From positions 41,331-105,330 of IMG/VR virus record IMGVR_UViG_3300044491_002068: DNA of 64,000 nucleotides, one strand, 5' to 3'. Every line of letters starts with the position of its first letter. Within the stretch, counting starts at the first letter, position 1. Source of the stretch: a virus. The notes under the pieces are model-generated. The model was not told where the DNA came from and did no database searches. It saw nothing but the letters and a program-made list of their open reading frames with translations. The position numbers were made by a program, and so were the translations under genes. Shown piece by piece: positions 27,991 through 37,674 of this stretch.

Positions 27991-29805
27991 TCAGGAAAGC
28001 CCTTCCTCCATCAAACTCTGGAATTCTTGAAGGGCGTTTACAATATCAGCGTCAAGTGACTTCTCTTCGTCGCCTGATTCCTGCCCAGAGTCCATCGACC
28101 AGTCTTCTGGGATCATGTCTTCAAGGCCAAGTTCTTTTGCTCGCTTAGTAATATGAGCCTTTGCGGCTTCAACGTCGCTTGCACGCCCATGTGCTTGAAT
28201 TGCATTCTGCAAATCGGCTTCATCAGCAATAGGGAATGAACCGTCAGGCATTGCTTCACCAGACTCTGACATCGACTCACGCTGTTCACGTGAATACATT
28301 CGCTTAATCTGAAGTTCAGCCTCTAATGCCTTAATCTCGTCCTCTTCGGTCATTTCGTACTTAACTTCGTCAATGAGGTCATATTCGTCATAGCCAAGAA
28401 CCTTGCCCTCAACGGAGATGAAGAAGTCGTAACTCTTTTCGCTAGCCTCAACCTCAACAACATATACGTCCTCATCAGCGAAAACGTCAACCATAACACC
28501 CATGACTTCTCCCTTTGCCTCAACATCCATATATGCGAATGCTGTGACAGCGGCCTGCTCTGCGTCAGATTTAGAAATGATGTTAATCTGCTCAAGCGAC
28601 TTGCCCTCAAGCGCATTCTCATCAATCTTCAACCAACCCAGTTCCTGACCATCACCGGAAAGGAAAACTTCAATACAGGAGCCATCAGCACGCTTAACAT
28701 CAACAACGAACATGTCGTCAGCAACTGAATAGCCCGAACCCACAACCTCAGAGCCTTCATAGGCACTCTTAACTTGCGATTCAATATCACCCAATCCGGG
28801 GAGACCATCTTCGGGTGAGCAGCCACCGTGGCAGAATTCGCAAGGCTGATTAACCGACTTGCGTTGGAATCCGCACAAGAAGTCCTCTTCAGACTTCATA
28901 CCGCCTGCAGCAGCAGGAGCAGCAGGAGCAGTAGGAGCAGCGGGAGCAGGAGCAGCGTCTGGAGTCTCGTCAACATCGCTCTTAGCCAAATCAAGCCACT
29001 CTTCATGCGTGGCGCATGGCATGAACTTAACGCCAGCACGGTGCACACCCTCGCAACCTAGAACTGCGGCACGCTCAATCGCTTCTGCCTCAGTGTCAAA
29101 CATGTCCACATTTGATTCGCCATCTTCAGCCTTTTCGCCATTATCGGCCATCTTGCGCATGGCAACAACTTCCATTGGGCTACGGCGACGGTAACTCATA
29201 CCGTAGCCCTTCCCTGTACCCTCTTCGTAAACCGCAACTTCCTCGAATGCGGACTTAGCGTCTTCATCTAGACCGTCGTAATCTTCTGATGAAATAAGTT
29301 CGCCTTCTTCCATCATTTCCTTAAAACGAGTGTCAGTTAGGAACATAGAGGGCTTATCAACGGTGGCCGGATTCATCATAGACATGATCTTAGCGGCCTT
29401 TTCACTTACAACAGAGTTGTCCACCGACTTCTCTTCTGCATCTTCCTCGCCAGAAACTTCATCAGCGGTTTCTTCTACCTCTGCGTCGCCAGAAACGTCT
29501 GCCTCAGCATCCTCTTCCTCAGAATCATCTTCTGCCTTGAAACGGAACATCCAGCCCATTGGCTCCTTAGTTTCCTCATTCATGACATTGATCATCTCGT
29601 ATCCTTTTTGATCTTCTTCATCAAGAACGGAAAATGCGGCCTCGTCTAAGAGTTCACCAGCATCGACAGACTCCTTGAATCGAATGTCAGTCATGAATAC
29701 AGAAGGTGCGCCCTTCTCGTCCACATTAGCACTCTTTTCCTCAGAAGAAAGCAGAGCATCCATATCCTCAAACTTCTTAAGATCGTCATTCATGTTTTCA
29801 CTCAT
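27991..29805 (-). CDS. Acidic modular head protein (internal repeat, GCxGxH..PC module, PepSY-like repeats, MPDGSFPI domain)
   Basis: P.(V/M)F.TD.RFKE repeat x2; modules shared with neighbours; AGGAG SD before ATG 29805. Confidence 0.65.
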   Translation of the reverse strand: MSENMNDDLKKFEDMDALLSSEEKSANVDEKGAPSVFMTDIRFKESVDAGELLDEAAFSVLDEEDQKGYEMINVMNEETKEPMGWMFRFKAEDDSEEEDAEADVSGDAEVEETADEVSGEEDAEEKSVDNSVVSEKAAKIMSMMNPATVDKPSMFLTDTRFKEMMEEGELISSEDYDGLDEDAKSAFEEVAVYEEGTGKGYGMSYRRRSPMEVVAMRKMADNGEKAEDGESNVDMFDTEAEAIERAAVLGCEGVHRAGVKFMPCATHEEWLDLAKSDVDETPDAAPAPAAPTAPAAPAAAGGMKSEEDFLCGFQRKSVNQPCEFCHGGCSPEDGLPGLGDIESQVKSAYEGSEVVGSGYSVADDMFVVDVKRADGSCIEVFLSGDGQELGWLKIDENALEGKSLEQINIISKSDAEQAAVTAFAYMDVEAKGEVMGVMVDVFADEDVYVVEVEASEKSYDFFISVEGKVLGYDEYDLIDEVKYEMTEEDEIKALEAELQIKRMYSREQRESMSESGEAMPDGSFPIADEADLQNAIQAHGRASDVEAAKAHITKRAKELGLEDMIPEDWSMDSGQESGDEEKSLDADIVNALQEFQSLMEEGLS

Positions 29806-29837
29806 TTTTTGAACTCCTAAATCCTTCAAAGAGTATA

Positions 29838-31433
29838 CTACTCAACACCGTTATCGGTGTCAAGGTCTGTGTTCTGGGTAATAGAAATCTGAGGATCGAA
29901 CTCAAGGTTGGCTAAAGCGCTAGCGACCTTAATCATCAGTTCCTCGTGATTCATCTTAGTGGAAAAGTGTAGATCGACACCATCAATTGTTTTGAAGGCA
30001 AAAACCGGCACATCCACCATAGCCTTGCTGACATCAAACGCATGGCTATCAGCACACTTGACATGTACGATAAAGCCAGACGTGATCTTCTCATTCTGCT
30101 CGGCAGGAAGAGACATTGGTGCTGAAGTCAAGAACTTCTCAACTTCGTCAATAAGACCTAGAGTCGCCTCACGTAATTCGCCAGCGCCACGAAGTTTAAG
30201 CATCTCGTTGTATGCCATAAGTAGCAGAGTCATTGGGTCCTTCAAGTGATCTTTGTCCCCATACGAGCGGCGCTGATCATCGTCATAGTCGCCACCCTTT
30301 ACGCTATCGCATGAGCAGCCACTCTTGGACTCTTCAACACTAACCCCTGCTAGGTAGTTATTATGTGAGTTGATGTTTGCGTTACCGTCAAACTTTTCCA
30401 CAGCCTCCAAGTACTCGGCATGTGTTTCACACGGCAGGAAACCACCTCCGTGCGAGTGCCAACCGGAGCAACCGAAAGTCTTTGACCACGCCAGAGCGAT
30501 ATCAGGAGTAGCCCAAGTACCCTCTTCATTATTACCGTCACGGATACCTTCAGGCTCATCGGCGTCTTTGGCCTCTGGCTCTTTAACCATCATTGCGGGA
30601 GGAGCACCCTCTCCTACTGGAGCGTAAGTCATAGTAGGCTTAACACGAGTTGGCTTACCTAACGCTATCTGATCTCCTTCTGTGGAAAATGTCGCCATCC
30701 ACACCATGTCCTCACCGGTCTGGAAAATAACGTTGTTGTCTTCAATGTTTAAAATCTGTACAGGCTTATTCAACGCACGAGATATCAAGCGTCCCATCAT
30801 GGACGACATGGCATCTACGTCGTTTGACGCCCCGCCCTTATAATCATTCATTGTGATTGTGACTTCCTTTGCTTGTGCATTTTTCTCGTCATCTTTTACA
30901 GAAATGGTGCCGGTCAACTGATTGGCCCCGTGCAGCACTGGTGAAATTTCATAAAGTTCAACTTCTTTGAGAATGTTAGCCTGCTTAACTGCATCAAAGT
31001 CAGCGTCTAAAGTCTTGTAACCAATAGACCACTCTTGGTCATGCCCGTAGAAAGCAACATTAGCAAAAGCCTCACGGCCACGCTCTGTGTTCAAATTGAA
31101 CTGAACCTTGGCAAATAGCCCACCTACTCCTGCCTGCTTCATCTTATCAGGAAGCCGGGGGTCAGTCTTGGGTACTTCATAGATTTCAATAACTTTACCG
31201 ATTGGTTGATTCCAGTCGTGACCCCATACAACTCTAGGCTTGCGACGCTTTAAGGAACCAGAAAATGCGCCGGAGATAACAATATCCCCAACTGAGTCTT
31301 TATTACCGATGCCTGATACGAACGCTTCTACGATTCCTTGCGCTTTATCAATCCCGATTTGGCCTGAAATAGCCTTAAAATCAAAAGCCTCGTCGGTTTC
31401 TGATGCTTGATTTTGTGAAACTAGAGTAGTCAT
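29838..31433 (-). CDS. HK97-family prohead protease with C-terminal extension
   Basis: DSVGDIV..GAF, WGHD..QPIG, WSIGY, LYEISPV..GAN; AAGGAG SD before ATG 31433. Confidence 0.9.
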   Translation of the reverse strand: MTTLVSQNQASETDEAFDFKAISGQIGIDKAQGIVEAFVSGIGNKDSVGDIVISGAFSGSLKRRKPRVVWGHDWNQPIGKVIEIYEVPKTDPRLPDKMKQAGVGGLFAKVQFNLNTERGREAFANVAFYGHDQEWSIGYKTLDADFDAVKQANILKEVELYEISPVLHGANQLTGTISVKDDEKNAQAKEVTITMNDYKGGASNDVDAMSSMMGRLISRALNKPVQILNIEDNNVIFQTGEDMVWMATFSTEGDQIALGKPTRVKPTMTYAPVGEGAPPAMMVKEPEAKDADEPEGIRDGNNEEGTWATPDIALAWSKTFGCSGWHSHGGGFLPCETHAEYLEAVEKFDGNANINSHNNYLAGVSVEESKSGCSCDSVKGGDYDDDQRRSYGDKDHLKDPMTLLLMAYNEMLKLRGAGELREATLGLIDEVEKFLTSAPMSLPAEQNEKITSGFIVHVKCADSHAFDVSKAMVDVPVFAFKTIDGVDLHFSTKMNHEELMIKVASALANLEFDPQISITQNTDLDTDNGVE

Positions 31434-31531
31434 GACTCTCCTTAAGTACCATTGCAACATTCATATGATACACCCCTCCAGTAGATGATGATGAAGTGTT
31501 TATATAAACATGCTATTTTCTTTTTATATAA

Positions 31532-32290
31532 TTATACGCCGAACTTTAATACACACCTACAGTTTATAGTCAGCGGCGGCGGAGCAAGAGGGTCTTTAGG
31601 GAACCTGATAGCCACACCGTCCACGAAAAATGCGGAACCTACAGGTACTTTATCCCCGTGTAACTTGCGATGATCGGTCCGAACACGCTCATCACGAAGC
31701 GACACCCACTGCTTATAAACACTTAAACCGTCCCTTGACTCCTTTACGGAATCCTGTAAGCCCTGATTGTACGGACCTAATACAGCAGAATCAATAATTA
31801 AAGGCTTACGCTTTGATCGCAGTTTATTGAAAACACTTTTAACTAAAGAATAGGCTAAAGCGACTTTGAGAGCAATGTCAACATCTCTGCCATCTTCGTC
31901 AGTAAGTGCTGCTGCGACACCAAGTGCTGCAATAACTTGATCACGAGTCGTGGAATTGAAAGAGTTAACTACAGATGCCTGATTTGCTAATGCAGCGGAT
32001 CGCTCTTCACCACTTACCTGTCGTCCATAACCCTCGGTGATATTGTCAGAAATGGCCTTGTCATAAACTGCGCCCATTGCCTCAACTAGTTGGTTTGTCT
32101 GAAGAGACAGCATATACACAGAAAGGATTCCCGCTACAGCGCCAGCGCCAAAAAGGGCCTTACCTTCGTCGCTATTCAATCTATCTAAAACTAATTGCTC
32201 TTGTGTATCAAAAATTTCCTCTAAAGCCGAAGACACTTCGTCTTCCATCGAATCTACACGATAAAGTGTTTTCTCTTCCCAAGTAGGCAA
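31532..32290 (-). CDS. MuF / SPP1 gp7-like minor head protein (probably translated as a portal fusion)
   Basis: KQW....DERVR..H..LHG......F......RFP.DP......INCRC; no SD at the TTG, and the frame stays open back to a slippery site at 32341. Confidence 0.88.
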   Translation of the reverse strand: MPTWEEKTLYRVDSMEDEVSSALEEIFDTQEQLVLDRLNSDEGKALFGAGAVAGILSVYMLSLQTNQLVEAMGAVYDKAISDNITEGYGRQVSGEERSAALANQASVVNSFNSTTRDQVIAALGVAAALTDEDGRDVDIALKVALAYSLVKSVFNKLRSKRKPLIIDSAVLGPYNQGLQDSVKESRDGLSVYKQWVSLRDERVRTDHRKLHGDKVPVGSAFFVDGVAIRFPKDPLAPPPLTINCRCVLKFGV

Positions 32291-32316
32291 AAGACTTAAA
32301 TTAGTTTGGCTATCTA

Positions 32317-33780
32317 CTAAGGAGATTGATTTTGTAAAGGGCGGCTCTGCTCACCCTCCGCTTCACTTAACTCACTAGGTACTTGAGCGGCGCTAGCCTC
32401 AATCCGCTGTGTCCCTTGAACCGTCCCCGTGGGAACAAATGCCCCTTGTTCCGGACTAAATTCTGTGACCTGCTGTTGCTGTGCTTCTGAAGCCTGCACG
32501 TCTAAGGGAACGCCTCCCTGAACGTCTGCCCCCTCATTCATTGGCTTTTCTGTGTTGGCAATTGGTGTCTGGTTGGGGTTAGACAACAACGAGTCAGCAA
32601 TGTCTGAAACAACTTTCTTTCTTCCAGACGCCTCTCGGTACTCATTGGTGCTAATGAGACCCTGCTGGTATTCTGTCAAATAGTGACGCTCACGCTCCTG
32701 TTTTGCAAGAACAAGGATGGGGACGTTTGACGTATCGAAATCAATGAAGTAGGTGTCATCAAGTCTATCAAATGAACGAGCAATCAAATCCAAGTGGGGT
32801 GACATCGTTTCCATCCAGAACACCTTGCCCTCTTCCATGGCGTTAGAGAATGTTCTATTTGAGGAGTTACCAATAATCGACTCTGGTACACCAAATGCCG
32901 CTAGAATCTCCTCTTTTGTAACAGTACGCATTTGAATATATGCCGCATCCCGTGGGCTGGCAGCAGTATCAACGAAGTCGGCACCATCGTCAGATGAAAT
33001 CACGCCTACCGAACCAACACGTCCAATATTCCCACGAAACCTTGAGCGCAACTCCTCTTTATCCTCGTCAGCAATCTCGCTACGAAGGACAAGGAGACCA
33101 CCCGGACGGCCATCGTTAATCAAAAAGTTTCGGTTATAAATTTTTGCTAAGTTCTCTAATTCAATAGCAACGCCTGCAGCCTCCATTGGGGTCATGGATA
33201 GGTACGGGTCTAATGGGTGTGGGCGTCTAATCCAAATAACATTCTTAGGTGGGATAGTGCGCTTTTCCATTGCGCTTATCTTTACCTCAAACCCTTTAAC
33301 AAAGTTGTTCACATCGGGAATAGGGGAGGTATTCTGAGGAGGAAGTAGGTGCAAAGCAATTGGTACACCACTACGTCCACGAACAATTTCGACAAAAGCA
33401 CCCCGGCTGCTCATTAACAACTGAGAAGATAGTCGATAGCGGAAAGCGAAAGCGTTTTCCCCAGCATTCGCTGTGTTATTGAATAGACGTAGTAATGAGT
33501 GGTCGTCTACAATTTCACCAAATGGATTATTGTCTTTTCTGAATATCATGGGTAGACGTGCTTGGTTGGAAGCAATAACGTCTATAGCCCGGAAAACCCA
33601 TGTTACTTTAGCCACACCTTCACGGTATGCTTTAACAATATCCCAACCGTCATGGTACCCTTCGTTTCTTCCCTGAATTGAAGGACTGTACGAAATGGGT
33701 GCACCGACTGAGACGGGAGCCGCTTTCTGACCAGTTACAATATTTTCAAGAGATTTACTAGACGTATTGTTCCAAGCCAT
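32317..33780 (-). CDS. HK97-family portal protein
   Basis: WVFRAIDVIA...A.LP, N.F.NDGRPGG.L, EI.AAFGVP..IIG.....TF.N motifs. Confidence 0.93.
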   Translation of the reverse strand: MAWNNTSSKSLENIVTGQKAAPVSVGAPISYSPSIQGRNEGYHDGWDIVKAYREGVAKVTWVFRAIDVIASNQARLPMIFRKDNNPFGEIVDDHSLLRLFNNTANAGENAFAFRYRLSSQLLMSSRGAFVEIVRGRSGVPIALHLLPPQNTSPIPDVNNFVKGFEVKISAMEKRTIPPKNVIWIRRPHPLDPYLSMTPMEAAGVAIELENLAKIYNRNFLINDGRPGGLLVLRSEIADEDKEELRSRFRGNIGRVGSVGVISSDDGADFVDTAASPRDAAYIQMRTVTKEEILAAFGVPESIIGNSSNRTFSNAMEEGKVFWMETMSPHLDLIARSFDRLDDTYFIDFDTSNVPILVLAKQERERHYLTEYQQGLISTNEYREASGRKKVVSDIADSLLSNPNQTPIANTEKPMNEGADVQGGVPLDVQASEAQQQQVTEFSPEQGAFVPTGTVQGTQRIEASAAQVPSELSEAEGEQSRPLQNQSP

Positions 33781-33938
33781 TACTCAGCCCCTAATAGATA
33801 GCCGTACGCACCGCAAGCGAATCCAGCACTTGCCAGACCCCATCCTAAACTTAGTATACTAACACCAAAGCCTATTAATAGTATACCAGCGCACATAAGA
33901 ATATGTGCCGCTGCAGATCGATTTACAAGATTCTTCAT
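33780..33938 (-). CDS. Small membrane protein upstream of the portal (52 aa)
   Basis: MKNLVNRSAAAHILMCAGILLIGFGVSILSLGWGLASAGFACGAYGYLLGAE; TAATG-coupled to the portal; leaderless promoter TTGTCT-N17-TAAAGT-N6-ATG. Confidence 0.75.
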   Translation of the reverse strand: MKNLVNRSAAAHILMCAGILLIGFGVSILSLGWGLASAGFACGAYGYLLGAE

Positions 33939-33979
33939 GAATATACTTTACCGTGAATTTGTCTAGGAGACAAGCACAT

Positions 33980-35296
33980 ATGTCCAACGAAACAGCCGAC
34001 TGGCAGAAAATCAAAGAATATCTTGAGCCAAAGCGCTCAGAGTATTGGGTGGAGGAGCCATCTCTGACACAAAAGGTATTCTTGAAAGCAACAACTCAGG
34101 AAGTATTATTTGGTGGTGCCGCTGGTGGGGGAAAGTCATCTGCCCTTATTATGGCGGCACTCCAATATGTGGACGTTCCGGGCTATAGCGCTATCCTTTT
34201 CCGACGAACTTACGCCGACCTTGCTCTACCCGGAGCACTCATGGACCGATTTAGGGACTGGATAATGCAGTATGACGATGTTAACTGGAACGCTAACCAG
34301 TATACTGCAACATTCCCAAGCGGAGCACGAATCACATTCGGCTACTTGAATAACGTTAACGACTATCTGAGATACAAAGGTTCCGAATTCCAATTCATCG
34401 GAATGGACGAGGTTACTGAAATTAGAGAATCAGACTATCGCTATATGTTCTCTCGTCTCCGCCGACCGGCATCAGGGCCACTGGCACAAGTACCTCTGCG
34501 TATGAGGGCAGCGACAAACCCTGCGCCCAACTGGGTGAGGCAACGGTTCTTGGTGGAAGGTAAAAAGACAGGAAGAATATTTATTCCTTCAATGCTTACA
34601 GACAACCCCGGAATCGACCCAGACTCCTACCGAGCCATGCTGGCAGAACTAGACCCCGTGGAAAGAAAGAGGCTGGAGTTTGGAGACTGGTGGTCAACCA
34701 CGCTTGGGTCAATGTTTGATAGGAACAACTTTGAGGTTGTAGAACCATCAGAGATACCTACATTCTCAAAAGACACATCCATTATCAGATTCTGGGATTT
34801 GGCTGGAACAGAGCCATCACAATCAAACCCCGACCCTGACTGGACTGTTGGCTGTCTCGGCGCATTCGATAACGGAGTTTTCTATATTCTTGACGTGCGT
34901 AGAATTCGTGCTAAAGGTGAAAAAATTGAAAAGTTTATTAGAGACACTGCGGAAGAAGACGGTGTAGAAATAGCAATTCAAATGGAGCAAGAACCCGGCT
35001 CTGCGGGAAAGAACCTAATCGACCAATATGCTAGATACGTATTGCCCGGATATGCGTTCTCTGGTCAGAGAGCAACAGGAGACAAGGTTACACGAGCAAA
35101 ACCGTTTGCCGCAGCAGTGGCTAATGGAAACGTCCGACTCGTTCAGGCAGACTGGAACACAGACTTTATTGATGAAATGTCAGCATTCCCAGAAGCACGA
35201 GTCCACGACGACCAAGTTGACGCAGCGACACATGCATTCAATGTTTGCGCAGGGCTTGGAATGGGGCTCAAGCGAAAGATAGAAATTATCTGCTAA
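33980..35296 (+). CDS. terL: Terminase large subunit
   Basis: Walker A FGGAAGGGKS, Walker B IGMDE, ATNP, nuclease WDLA...HDDQVDA; AGGAG SD. Confidence 0.95.
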   Translation: MSNETADWQKIKEYLEPKRSEYWVEEPSLTQKVFLKATTQEVLFGGAAGGGKSSALIMAALQYVDVPGYSAILFRRTYADLALPGALMDRFRDWIMQYDDVNWNANQYTATFPSGARITFGYLNNVNDYLRYKGSEFQFIGMDEVTEIRESDYRYMFSRLRRPASGPLAQVPLRMRAATNPAPNWVRQRFLVEGKKTGRIFIPSMLTDNPGIDPDSYRAMLAELDPVERKRLEFGDWWSTTLGSMFDRNNFEVVEPSEIPTFSKDTSIIRFWDLAGTEPSQSNPDPDWTVGCLGAFDNGVFYILDVRRIRAKGEKIEKFIRDTAEEDGVEIAIQMEQEPGSAGKNLIDQYARYVLPGYAFSGQRATGDKVTRAKPFAAAVANGNVRLVQADWNTDFIDEMSAFPEARVHDDQVDAATHAFNVCAGLGMGLKRKIEIIC

Positions 35297-35874
35297 AGAG
35301 TTTCCCAACTCAAATGCTTGCGGTATACATCGGGCTTGACCACTGTCGGGTCTACCCACCAATCCTCATGAATTGTTCTAGCAACAAGAGTGTATCCTAA
35401 CGCATCAAGAATTTCTCTTTGAGCGTCACGTATAGATGTATTCCTAAAATACATGTTAGCATCATGCTCAAACGTTATGACAGTAAACCTGTACAAAGTC
35501 AGCGGTAGGGCAATGAGTCCCAACAACGAAGTGTACGGGCTTCCGTTAGGGCGCATTTCCTCAGTATACCCAGCATCAATATCTACCTGTAAAAAGTCGA
35601 TCTGGTTAGGGAACCCTGCAGACTTAAAGTAATCAGTGTAATCGAAATCAAGCGCATCACCATAACAAGGATTGCTTCTGTTCGCAGTAAACTGTTCCCT
35701 GCGGTCTTTCTCAATTTCAAAAGAAACTCCACGCCAATTGAAATCTTGTTCCAACACACGAGTGTTGCTACCCTCATGGGAGTTAAACGCACCCAACTCA
35801 ACGTAGTAGCCGTCGTGCTTCTGCTCAGTAATATCAATTACGAAGTTCTCTTGTAGGCTTTCACTGAACTGCAT
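35293..35874 (-). CDS. FkbM-like SAM methyltransferase
   Basis: GYYVELGA....SNT..LE..F.W.G..E; IDFLQVDID; F.VITFEH; EDWWV. Confidence 0.75.
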   Translation of the reverse strand: MQFSESLQENFVIDITEQKHDGYYVELGAFNSHEGSNTRVLEQDFNWRGVSFEIEKDRREQFTANRSNPCYGDALDFDYTDYFKSAGFPNQIDFLQVDIDAGYTEEMRPNGSPYTSLLGLIALPLTLYRFTVITFEHDANMYFRNTSIRDAQREILDALGYTLVARTIHEDWWVDPTVVKPDVYRKHLSWETL

Positions 35875-36406
35875 TTTTATCTCTCCAAAACTTTGTAGAT
35901 GAATACTTCACTCCTGAGGTTATAGTCTCGGAGCGGTGGACGTGCTCGCACCCAAACATAACAAGCATGTTGCTTTCTGGCTGAATAACAAGACCGAGAT
36001 TGGGAAAAACTAAATCTCCTCCGCTATAACCATTGTTTAAAAAATGAACAGTGCTGTAAACGTGCACATTTTCTCTCAACTCAGGGTCGCTGGCGTTATG
36101 GTACATATCGTCGTGGTCAGGCATACTCTGACCAACTCTGTACATTACAGCAGGCACGCTAATGTTCTCAACACCATTAAATCCATAGGTACCTAATAGT
36201 GCCAGTGCAATGTCTTCAACATACTCGGAAACAACCTCAAACATTTTAGGATCGCTAGCATGGTCTGGAGCATACGTTAAAAATGTATGATGTGGGGTGA
36301 CCTGAATATTATTTTGGTCCACATTTATAAGTGCCCCCAGTAGCATCTCATAATTAGTACTAAACTCACGAAACACATATATATTGTCGGCTAGGTGCTC
36401 AACCAT
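35861..36406 (-). CDS. 2OG-Fe(II) oxygenase (prolyl-4-hydroxylase-like)
   Basis: Y..GQ.M..H.D, FLN..Y.GG.L.F, H....IT.G.KY. Confidence 0.8.
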   Translation of the reverse strand: MVEHLADNIYVFREFSTNYEMLLGALINVDQNNIQVTPHHTFLTYAPDHASDPKMFEVVSEYVEDIALALLGTYGFNGVENISVPAVMYRVGQSMPDHDDMYHNASDPELRENVHVYSTVHFLNNGYSGGDLVFPNLGLVIQPESNMLVMFGCEHVHRSETITSGVKYSSTKFWRDKNAVQ

Positions 36407-37344
36407 TTAAACACATCAACTTTTAATCTATGGCTATAGTTGTCAACTTCAAACATCTGCTGTGCGGCTTCATCCTCTGCAACATTCCTGTGGAAGTCAA
36501 TGTACTCGCAAATTCCATTAAATGTTGCCCACCTACAATTCCCAAAACATCCTTGATTGTGTTGGGACTTAATTAACTTCCTGATAGTGTCGTGTACACT
36601 TTCAGCGTGTTCTCGTCTTTTCTCAGTTGTCGCTGAATTAACGGGCCAGAATTTCTCTAACGTCTCGTTGTCATAATTACTGCTACTGGGGCGAAATAGA
36701 TTTCTGATACTAGTACCTAAATACTTAGACCACTCTTTTCGCATCTGTAAAACTTCCACTGCTTGCTTGTCTAAGTCGGCCTCACTTGGTGTGTGGCGCT
36801 TCCGTATGCTGAAATCAACAGCAGGTGTTGAGGCAACTCTGTAAATTGTTCCGGTCAGCCTACGGGCATCTAGGTTGTAGTAGCAAATGGGAATACTTCC
36901 GTCATGGGACGACATTACAACTATGTATGAGTCAATGAAGTCATCTCTGCCAGTACTACATCTAACACTTATAGCGCCAGTATGAACTACAGCAAAAAAC
37001 TTTCTTCCCTCGTCAAGAGTTCCACAGCCCAGTAATCTTGCCGACGAGCCTGCTTTATTAACTATCCCTATTGCACGATTTAGGATTTTCTGGTTCTGCT
37101 CTATTTCGTATCGGTCCTTAACGACTTCCCAGTTTTCAAGGAATCCACCAGAATCAGAAAGTACCTCCCGGCCAGTAACGAACCGATTAGGTACCTCAAC
37201 AAATTCTGACTTGAACTTGTCGAATACAAACACCTGATTTACTACTACTAAATAGTCTGCTGCGGCATTAGCGAGTAGAGAGTCAGCGGAAGCAGACTCA
37301 TCATTAAATGCGGATATTAAAGACTGCCAAGGTTTAGCGGTCAT
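36391..37344 (-). CDS. DUF932 / LGT_TIGR03299-like protein
   Basis: Y.I.QN, G.L.EGR.FF, SSHDGS, RHT, W..FN.I.EY.D.HR. Confidence 0.65.
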   Translation of the reverse strand: MTAKPWQSLISAFNDESASADSLLANAAADYLVVVNQVFVFDKFKSEFVEVPNRFVTGREVLSDSGGFLENWEVVKDRYEIEQNQKILNRAIGIVNKAGSSARLLGCGTLDEGRKFFAVVHTGAISVRCSTGRDDFIDSYIVVMSSHDGSIPICYYNLDARRLTGTIYRVASTPAVDFSIRKRHTPSEADLDKQAVEVLQMRKEWSKYLGTSIRNLFRPSSSNYDNETLEKFWPVNSATTEKRREHAESVHDTIRKLIKSQHNQGCFGNCRWATFNGICEYIDFHRNVAEDEAAQQMFEVDNYSHRLKVDVFKWLST

Positions 37345-37660
37345 CCCCAGAGCCACCGATCTTGCCTCGCTCTTTACGGCTAGATAACTTGCTAATATTC
37401 ATGTCGGCAACATTATCAAGGGTATAACCTAGTTCCCAAGCGAGACTAGACACATACCACAACACATCGCCAAGTTCCTTAACGATATCCGCTTTGTGCT
37501 GTTCCGAAAACTCTCCGTTATTGTCACGGATAACTTTCTTCACCTTGTCAGCAACCTCACCTGCCTCACTCGTAAGACCAAGTGTAGTGTACTCAACACC
37601 ACGTGTAGGCGGGAAAACAGCGGTCTCATTTGCCGCCACCTGATAAGCGTTCATTTCCAT
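37334..37660 (-). CDS. mazG: MazG-like NTP pyrophosphohydrolase
   Basis: LGL.SEAGEVADKVKK, ELGDVLWY, N..KL..R..RG.I.GSGD.R. Confidence 0.88.
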   Translation of the reverse strand: MEMNAYQVAANETAVFPPTRGVEYTTLGLTSEAGEVADKVKKVIRDNNGEFSEQHKADIVKELGDVLWYVSSLAWELGYTLDNVADMNISKLSSRKERGKIGGSGDDR

Positions 37661-37674
37661 TTTATACCTCTTTC

